64,000 nt of DNA from the NCBI GenBank assembly GCA_963714975.1, contig CAVQQD010000002.1, forward strand, positions 224,001 to 288,000, read 5' to 3'. The notes beneath the pieces are model-generated. The model saw only the letters and a program-made list of their open reading frames with translations, did not search any database and was not told where the DNA came from. The DNA is from an uncultured Gammaproteobacteria bacterium. Its GTDB lineage: Bacteria; Pseudomonadota; Gammaproteobacteria; JAURND01. Positions 57,758 to 64,000 of this stretch are shown here, one piece after another (positions within the stretch are counted from its first letter, which is position 1; each line of letters opens with the position of its first letter). The position numbers and the translations under genes are program-made.

Positions 57758-59764
57758 ATGTCCCAGGAGCAAAAACAATCTCCGCAATTTACCTTCACTT
57801 TACCTACGCAATTTATTACCTGCCCCATTACTCACGAAATTTATGTTGATCCGGTCATGTTAGATGATGGGATCATCTATGAACGAAAAGCTGCAATTAA
57901 GTGGTTCGAGGAGAATTCAGAACCACCAGTCATCGGACCCTCAGGAAAAGAGCTAAAAAATAAGGAAATGGTGGCTAATATTGGATTGCGTGATGCTATC
58001 AGCAGTTTTCCTCAAGCGGCTGCCAAATGGCAGCAAGAGCTGGAAAAGTTACAGAAAATGCAAGAAGAATTGCAAAATTTCAACCAGCAGTTCGCACAAG
58101 AAATGGGGGGGGCAAACGGAGAGTCAAAAGAAAAAGTAATTTCAGAAGAAAAATTGCCTCATCCTCTGGAAGAAAAAATTTTATTTTTCCAAAAAGTTGA
58201 ACCCTTAAATACATTTTTACAGAAGATTAAAGCAAGTTGTGAGGCATTAGAACAAATTGTACCGGAGGGATTTCTTTGCCCAATTACACATTTGCCGATG
58301 GAGAATCCCCAAGTGTTACCTGATGGCCATAGTTTTGAGAAAACAGCCATTGAAGCATGGATTAACGAAAAAAATCCTGGTGCTACTTCTCCTCTCACTC
58401 GATTGTCAATAACTCATGATGCTTTAAAAGCCAACCCTTGTCTGCAATTGGTTATCAAAGAAGTTTCTTTGCAACTACAATCAGCGAAAGCATCTCAGTT
58501 AAAGGTAATTGATGAGTTGTTAGATAAGATACATGCAAACTATCTCTTAAAAAATAACGCGTTGTTTCGTGCGGGGGAAAAATACTATCAATTATTTCAA
58601 TATCGCGCTGCCTTACCTTTGTTATTAGAAGTAGCCAAGATCCCGCATCCCAGAGCGTATGCTTATTTAGGGACGATTTATACTGTGGCTGGTTTTGGAG
58701 TGCGACAGCATCTACCCACAGCTCGTTATTATTATTCCCTGGCAAGAGAGATTGCGCATTTTATTAGCACTGCTGCTCCTACATTACAACAATTTACTAG
58801 CACTGATGCTCCCATGTTAAAACAATTATTTATAGCACACGCCACGATGGGAGATCCTGCTGCGCAAACTGAATGGGCAATTTATGCTGAATTTAAAGAC
58901 CCCAAGCTGGCTGTGGAAAAATATCGGCTTGCTTGTGAGCAGAATCACCCCGGCGCTTTAAATCGATTAGCCTGGTGCCATCGCTATGGAACGGGTGGAA
59001 CCGAAATTAATTTAGAAACTGCTACGAAGTTGTGGCGACGTGCTGCAAAAGCTGGACATAGTGTGGCGCAAAATGAATTGGGAGAATGCTATGAAGAGGG
59101 ACAGGGTGTCACGAAAAATTTGAAACGAGCAGTTTCTTGGTATCGAAAGGCGGCGAAGCTAGACAATGCTAATGCGCAAAAAAATTTAGCACGTTGTCTT
59201 GAAAAAGGTATAGGAACAACCCAAAATTTAATTGAGGCAGTGCAATGGTATGAGCGGGCCGCATTGCAAATTCCGCTAAGCACGGTTGCAGATCAAGCTT
59301 GGCTGCCTGCGATATTGCGTTATTATCACTTATCTTGTGGTAGCCTGGAACCGGAATGGGATCTTTTGGAAAATCATCGATCGCTCTTAAGCAGAATTCC
59401 AGTAAATGAAGAAAAAGCACTGAGTATTAAGGCCAATGAATTACTACAATCTGCAGTTGCTGGCGATGCTATTGCGCAATGTTTACTCGCAGATCATTAT
59501 TTGGCTGCGCGAGATTATTCGCAAGCGATTTCTTGGTACGCGAAAGCGGCCGAACAAGGCAACTCAGCAGCAAAGAAAATGTATGCAATTGTTTTGGCGT
59601 CTCAGCACGAGTTAACACAAGAGTTGGAATTTAAGCAATTTTTAGCACTATTAACGCAATTCCCTCTCGTGGTACAGCAATTAATTTTTGCTTATTGCTG
59701 CTCCGAAGAGCAAGGCACAGCAATAATTTCCCCCTTTGAAAAAGGGGGATTAAGGGGGATTTAA
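57758..59764 (+). CDS. Double U-box + Sel1-repeat protein (candidate E3 ubiquitin ligase effector)
   Basis: U-box 1 FITCPITHEIYVDPV..DGIIYERKA; U-box 2 FLCPITHLPMENPQVLPDGHSFEKTAIEAW..SPLTR; Sel1 repeats such as AQNELGECYEEGQGV.KN..RAVSWYRKAA. Confidence 0.88.
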   Translation: MSQEQKQSPQFTFTLPTQFITCPITHEIYVDPVMLDDGIIYERKAAIKWFEENSEPPVIGPSGKELKNKEMVANIGLRDAISSFPQAAAKWQQELEKLQKMQEELQNFNQQFAQEMGGANGESKEKVISEEKLPHPLEEKILFFQKVEPLNTFLQKIKASCEALEQIVPEGFLCPITHLPMENPQVLPDGHSFEKTAIEAWINEKNPGATSPLTRLSITHDALKANPCLQLVIKEVSLQLQSAKASQLKVIDELLDKIHANYLLKNNALFRAGEKYYQLFQYRAALPLLLEVAKIPHPRAYAYLGTIYTVAGFGVRQHLPTARYYYSLAREIAHFISTAAPTLQQFTSTDAPMLKQLFIAHATMGDPAAQTEWAIYAEFKDPKLAVEKYRLACEQNHPGALNRLAWCHRYGTGGTEINLETATKLWRRAAKAGHSVAQNELGECYEEGQGVTKNLKRAVSWYRKAAKLDNANAQKNLARCLEKGIGTTQNLIEAVQWYERAALQIPLSTVADQAWLPAILRYYHLSCGSLEPEWDLLENHRSLLSRIPVNEEKALSIKANELLQSAVAGDAIAQCLLADHYLAARDYSQAISWYAKAAEQGNSAAKKMYAIVLASQHELTQELEFKQFLALLTQFPLVVQQLIFAYCCSEEQGTAIISPFEKGGLRGI

Positions 59765-59850
59765 AGAGATATTGTGTACTACGAAAATAATGTAAGTATC
59801 CTGATCTTTTTAAATTTCTCCTAATCTCCTTTCCCGAAGGGAGGGATTAT
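59722..59850. repeat. Family-C bipartite palindromic element overlapping the 3' end of the U-box gene
   Basis: ATAATTTCCCCCTTTGAAAAAGGGGGATTAAGGGGGATTTAAA plus a degenerate inverted copy at ~59809-59850. Confidence 0.75.
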
Positions 59851-59991
59851 TTTTGTCACCTATAGAGATCTTGAGTAAACAGCGCGTTGGCTTTGCATAG
59901 GTTAATATTCACTGAAGTAAAGCCAGGTAAACTACCATGGATTGCACAGAGCAATTCTTAATGGAAACATAAAGAGTATGAGGCCCGTCTT

Positions 59992-60555
59992 ATGTCTATA
60001 GAAAGTGCGAAAATCTTTGTCAAGAAAACTGCTGGGCTTGGGTTAGCGACAGCGAGTAGCATCTGGATTATTGCTGGCTTTTCCAATTTGTACAGTCAGT
60101 ACAGCGCTTCTGGATCGATCATTGACCCAGGAGATTGTTTTTTGCGCTGGGAAATTGCTGACACTGTTTTCATGTTAACGTTCTTAACTATTATGCTATC
60201 CTCTTTTTACTTTTGCTTAGCTCCTCGAGGTATGTGGGAATGTCCTGAGGCTCCTTATGAAGCCAAAACTTCGCAGGTTACAATGACAAAAATCGTTGGA
60301 AGTGGATTAGTTGGCGCATTTGTTGGTTGGTTGACTGGGTCTTCGATAAATTACTATAGTGCACATAGTCTATTTGATAGGGCGGAAATAATTATGGATG
60401 ATTATGTAGGATCGGAAGTCAGTCGAGATGCGCTGATTGGAGCTGTATTATTTATGACTGTCAGTATAATTTATTATGCTTGGAACGCATACAAAAAGGG
60501 GAGCGAGTCGCAGACTGATCTTACAACCCAAGAGCCCCAGCCCCCTTGCTGTTAA
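59992..60555 (+). CDS. Orphan 4-TM membrane protein ending in Cys-Cys
   Basis: Four hydrophobic segments; C-terminus EPQPPCC. Confidence 0.65.
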   Translation: MSIESAKIFVKKTAGLGLATASSIWIIAGFSNLYSQYSASGSIIDPGDCFLRWEIADTVFMLTFLTIMLSSFYFCLAPRGMWECPEAPYEAKTSQVTMTKIVGSGLVGAFVGWLTGSSINYYSAHSLFDRAEIIMDDYVGSEVSRDALIGAVLFMTVSIIYYAWNAYKKGSESQTDLTTQEPQPPCC

Positions 60556-60662
60556 TATTTCCTGCAGTTTCATGGGGTATTCTGTTATTAATTATTCAAG
60601 CGATTAACCATCCAGGCAAAGATGGTGTGTTTCCATTAAAACAATTGGCGAGGTTTAAACTA

Positions 60663-61637
60663 ATGAGTACTCAATCCACCAGTCCTGAAAGTAAAACCAC
60701 TTTAGATGATAAACGAAAATTTGTTGGCATCATGCGGCAAGTTTCCATGGTGTTGACCGAGGGAAGGCGGACAGAATATGACCCGGATTCCATTGAGGGC
60801 CTCTTAGAGGCTGAAGCAAACTCAGAAGACTACGACGACACAACGATAATAGATGGGGATGGTTTTACCGCGAAAGAGGTGGAGGATGTAGCGCGGCAAA
60901 TTTTAGAAGCTGTACGAAAAAAAGAAGGCAACTTGGATAGTCATAACAAAAGAAGAACCGCAAGCGAGCTTTGCGAGTTCGTTTCTGCAGGGCTGGATAA
61001 ATGCTTTCACACATCACACAGCTGCAACTTACTGGACTTACGCGGTGACCCTTCTTTCCCAAAGGTATCTTCATTATCTGAAGCTGAGCTTGATACTGCG
61101 ATGCAGAAGATAGATACGTTTTTTGGTCAGAAACAAATAAGTAACAGCTTGGGCAAATTAAATCAGTCATGCAATAGGACACCAACGCGACCTAGTGAGG
61201 TTAAAGCAGAGACCCCATCGGCTAAGCAGCAGCACCTGGGAAGAAAAGTGGTAGGCATTGTAAAAGAACAAAATGATGAGGATGCACCTCCCACTTTTTG
61301 GAACTATTTCGCTTTTGGTTGTGTCCTCGAAGTGTTGGCTTTTGCTGGGACGTGTGTGGCGATGGAGCCCGGGGCATTTGTTGATTTCCTAAGGCCGTCT
61401 GGCGATTTCGTAGGTTTAATTCAGGGAGCAAGCAATCCTTCTGTGGGCGATATTATTGGAAACAACCTAACTACAGGTACGGGAATTTTTGCCACCATTT
61501 TAGTGGGGATGGCGCTACTCACTTTGGCGGCCAATTGGGCAGCTCGAAGGCATTATGAAACATATGATCCTAAAGACTCTACTTGTAACAACATACGTGC
61601 GGCATTTGGCTGTGGTAGCGGTCAAGGGTCAAGTTGA
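60663..61637 (+). CDS. Orphan protein with C-terminal TM pair
   Basis: GAGG RBS before ATG 60663; acidic soluble N-terminus and two hydrophobic segments near the C-terminus. Confidence 0.6.
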   Translation: MSTQSTSPESKTTLDDKRKFVGIMRQVSMVLTEGRRTEYDPDSIEGLLEAEANSEDYDDTTIIDGDGFTAKEVEDVARQILEAVRKKEGNLDSHNKRRTASELCEFVSAGLDKCFHTSHSCNLLDLRGDPSFPKVSSLSEAELDTAMQKIDTFFGQKQISNSLGKLNQSCNRTPTRPSEVKAETPSAKQQHLGRKVVGIVKEQNDEDAPPTFWNYFAFGCVLEVLAFAGTCVAMEPGAFVDFLRPSGDFVGLIQGASNPSVGDIIGNNLTTGTGIFATILVGMALLTLAANWAARRHYETYDPKDSTCNNIRAAFGCGSGQGSS

Positions 61638-61764
61638 ACAACAGCTGAGGCTTGCGTACAATTCCTTCTCCCACAAGGGGAGAAGGAAAATCTACCCACT
61701 CGATTCTACATAGAACCGGGGGATAAAACTTCAAGATTTCGATTGGAAATCTCAGACTGATAAA

Positions 61765-62565
61765 TTGCGAGAGCAACTCAAGCCCCCTATTGAATTACCA
61801 ACCGCTAGCAAAACCTATGAAGATTGGGACCCTTCGCATAGCGGCCAAAATATCAGATATCACAAGCCTTTTCCCCGTACTCGGGCTTTGTTCCAGGACA
61901 AAGCTTCATTACGCGAGTTATTTTTTTCCAATGATCATGATCGCGCTGCAAGTAAGGGAGAAGGTTTGGCACGACCGGAATGGGAGGCTTGGTGTCAGAA
62001 TGAACGCCCACTCTTTGCCAATACCCGCGCCTTTTTTAATGGCAATCTCAATCCACAACGCGCCCAACTTAAACAGGCGATCGATCAACTTCATGCAGCA
62101 ATACTCCAGCATCCTGAGTACCAATCAGCAGTAAAATTATTCTTGGATCAAATTGGAGTTCTTAGTATTCAGGCTGATTATAAAGATTTTGAGAGGTTAA
62201 TCGCTACCGTGAAACAGGTGACTGCTAAGGTGCAAAGCGAGAAGTCAAAGTTACCCGACTTAATTGCTCAATTGCGAATCAATCGTTATTGGGAGCGGGC
62301 AGGTGAAACATTCGCTGCGTGCTTTGGTTTGGCTGCTTTTTTAACCTTTACCAATACCTGCTTGTTGCTTGCCGATTTAAAGACACCCATTGATATGGAC
62401 CTCACTCGCACGGCCGATTTATCGCACTATTCACTAACTGCGGTGGGCGCCAGCATTGGCTTATTAATGCTCAGTATTTATGCTAATAAACTTTTTAGTG
62501 CTAAAACTGAAGTATTAGAAACACAGCTCGAAGCAATTGATCGTTTTCAGAGCGAAGTCAAGTAA
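61765..62565 (+). CDS. Orphan protein with helical core and C-terminal TM pair (start uncertain)
   Basis: 266-aa ORF with hydrophobic segments FAACFGLAAFLTFTNTCLLLA and LTAVGASIGLLMLSIYA. Confidence 0.55.
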   Translation: MREQLKPPIELPTASKTYEDWDPSHSGQNIRYHKPFPRTRALFQDKASLRELFFSNDHDRAASKGEGLARPEWEAWCQNERPLFANTRAFFNGNLNPQRAQLKQAIDQLHAAILQHPEYQSAVKLFLDQIGVLSIQADYKDFERLIATVKQVTAKVQSEKSKLPDLIAQLRINRYWERAGETFAACFGLAAFLTFTNTCLLLADLKTPIDMDLTRTADLSHYSLTAVGASIGLLMLSIYANKLFSAKTEVLETQLEAIDRFQSEVK

Positions 62566-62606
62566 AGCAGCCTGGATTCGCCTATTCCCCAAATCATTGA
62601 TGAATC

Positions 62607-63047
62607 TTAGGGACCGGAGAATTGGCAATTCTGGCCCCGATAAGCATAGCAGAGAAAATTATCGCTTTGGCGGTCTAACCACCAGTTGGTTTGGGTGAGC
62701 AGCGCATCAAATGAATTTCTATTTTGGATAATAAATAAGCCATTCTCTGCGTCAGGACCAACTGCATACAAGCAGAGGGTGTGAACCACATGCGCGTGAT
62801 ATCCGTCTGAATCAAAAGAAGCGTGTGGTGCATGAAGCCTGGCGCTCGAAAAAGAAACGGGGCCCAATGCAGTGATGGGTATATTGTCTCCCGAATAACT
62901 AAAGGGAACAGGAGGTATCACAGTAAATGTCCCGTTCGTTTGCTGTGTCACCGTGATTGAGTTAGGTGGTGGACAATCTGCAAAGCCGTGAGTTGTCGTC
63001 AGTAATCCTGAAATAACCACGAACAATAGTGAAAAGCATTTTTTCAT
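62607..63047 (-). CDS. Small secreted Cys-containing protein
   Basis: Signal peptide MKKCFSLLFVVISGLLTTTHGFA; four Cys in the mature part; GGAG RBS. Confidence 0.65.
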   Translation of the reverse strand: MKKCFSLLFVVISGLLTTTHGFADCPPPNSITVTQQTNGTFTVIPPVPFSYSGDNIPITALGPVSFSSARLHAPHASFDSDGYHAHVVHTLCLYAVGPDAENGLFIIQNRNSFDALLTQTNWWLDRQSDNFLCYAYRGQNCQFSGP

Positions 63048-63086
63048 TTAGAATCACTCCAGAGTCAAAAATTTCTTACTAATAGC

Positions 63087-63998
63087 CTATTGTGTGGCTG
63101 CTACTGCAACCTCTTTGTGGCGAAATGCTAATCCTAATTGCAGGATTCGCTGAATATTTTTACTGCGCAAGATTTGCGCGTAATCACGATTGATAATTTG
63201 CCGCAGAGCTTCTTCAGCAGCTGCGGTTAATGAAGTATTGAGGTCGCGTACCGTTTTAAATTCCAAAACAATGCCTAACTGTGTAAGGTCTTTTGGGATG
63301 AGCATTACATCAAAACGCCCATAACCCCCTTCTTTATTTGACTGAATCTCATAAGTATCTTGCAAACTTATCATAAGTCCTAAAACAAAACCATGATAGA
63401 ATTTTTCTGGATTTAAGCCAGTGACATCAAAAAAACTTAGGGTGGTTCGTAAACAATCCTGCAAACGCAAAATAAATTCTTCCACTTTTCCCTGCACCAA
63501 ACTTTGTAAGAAGCTTTGATAATTGCTATAACCTAAACTGTCTGCAAACCAAGCTTGAATAATGCCGCGATACAAGGAAGAGATTTCTCGGTTAGGGGAA
63601 GCCAATTGTGCTTTGATACGATCATCTACTCGTGTTGTGCTTATAGCTTTTAGGTAGCCACTAAACAACATTAAATTCCAAAAGGCATTATTATCGCGAG
63701 CTAAATCAGCAAAGATGATAGTTTCTTCAATGACTGCTTCAATTGCCTTGCCTTTTAGCAACAATTCGAGATTTGCTTTGAGGGTGGCATCGCCTTGGGC
63801 CAATAAGTGTTTGATTAAATCATTACTGCTTGTGTTAACCCAAAATGGACGAAGCTCTCCTTGGGCATGAATGCATTGAACCATTGACCAGGGATTATAA
63901 ATGATAGTATTGCCACACTGATAACCATTGTACCAATCCCGGATGGCTTCCGACCTTGACTCTAAATGCGCTTCTTGTAACAGGGAAGCTACTTCTGT
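63087..63998 (-). CDS. AAA-ATPase-like / PD-(D/E)XK nuclease domain protein (5' partial)
   Basis: Frame open to the window edge; WYNGY..IYNPWS, FWVNTS, EKFYHGFVLG, SNKEGGYGRFDV, EFK and AL.QI motifs. Confidence 0.88.
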   Translation of the reverse strand, partial: TEVASLLQEAHLESRSEAIRDWYNGYQCGNTIIYNPWSMVQCIHAQGELRPFWVNTSSNDLIKHLLAQGDATLKANLELLLKGKAIEAVIEETIIFADLARDNNAFWNLMLFSGYLKAISTTRVDDRIKAQLASPNREISSLYRGIIQAWFADSLGYSNYQSFLQSLVQGKVEEFILRLQDCLRTTLSFFDVTGLNPEKFYHGFVLGLMISLQDTYEIQSNKEGGYGRFDVMLIPKDLTQLGIVLEFKTVRDLNTSLTAAAEEALRQIINRDYAQILRSKNIQRILQLGLAFRHKEVAVAATQ

Positions 63999-64000
63999 TT

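Noticed and set aside
38508-62134. Numerous short antisense or alternate-frame ORFs inside clpA, suf genes, guaA, the U-box gene and orphans
   Set aside because: Shadow ORFs overlapping well-supported genes, with no motifs or ribosome-binding sites.
1-64000. tRNA, rRNA or tmRNA genes
   Set aside because: None was recognised by eye; tRNAscan-SE or Infernal would be needed to exclude them.

Overview
The window looks like a Legionellales/Coxiellaceae-type gammaproteobacterium. This is inferred from gene content: a Map-like acid phosphatase, icd-clpA, the Rrf2-sufBCDSU-sufA-sufT-guaA-tadA run, and many eukaryote-like orphan proteins. The main feature is a ~28 kb two-gene, seven-module NRPS (3726-31682). 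Its predicted product is (acyl?)-Asp-X-D-Ile-D-Thr-Gly-Gly-aromatic with TE release. The NRPS grew by recent module duplication and A-subdomain swapping. One IS4-family copy interrupts its starter C domain and a second sits just upstream. The rest of the window holds an SDR, Dps, a histidine acid phosphatase hit by an IS1380-family element, icd, clpA, an IS21 relic, a deleted hipBA, a REC-Hpt regulator, a CADD-like enzyme, the SUF operon, guaA, tadA and a partial AAA/PD-(D/E)XK gene. Candidate host-directed effectors include ankyrin+TM, methyltransferase-like+TM, CaaX/F-box-like and double U-box+Sel1 proteins. At least four families of short palindromic elements are dispersed through the window and often nest inside each other. 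One ~155 bp element is read in frame at the start of tadA, resembling Rickettsia palindromic elements, and others have been recruited into protein C-termini. Many single-base frameshifts in housekeeping genes suggest assembly indel errors. No rRNA, tRNA or CRISPR array was recognised.
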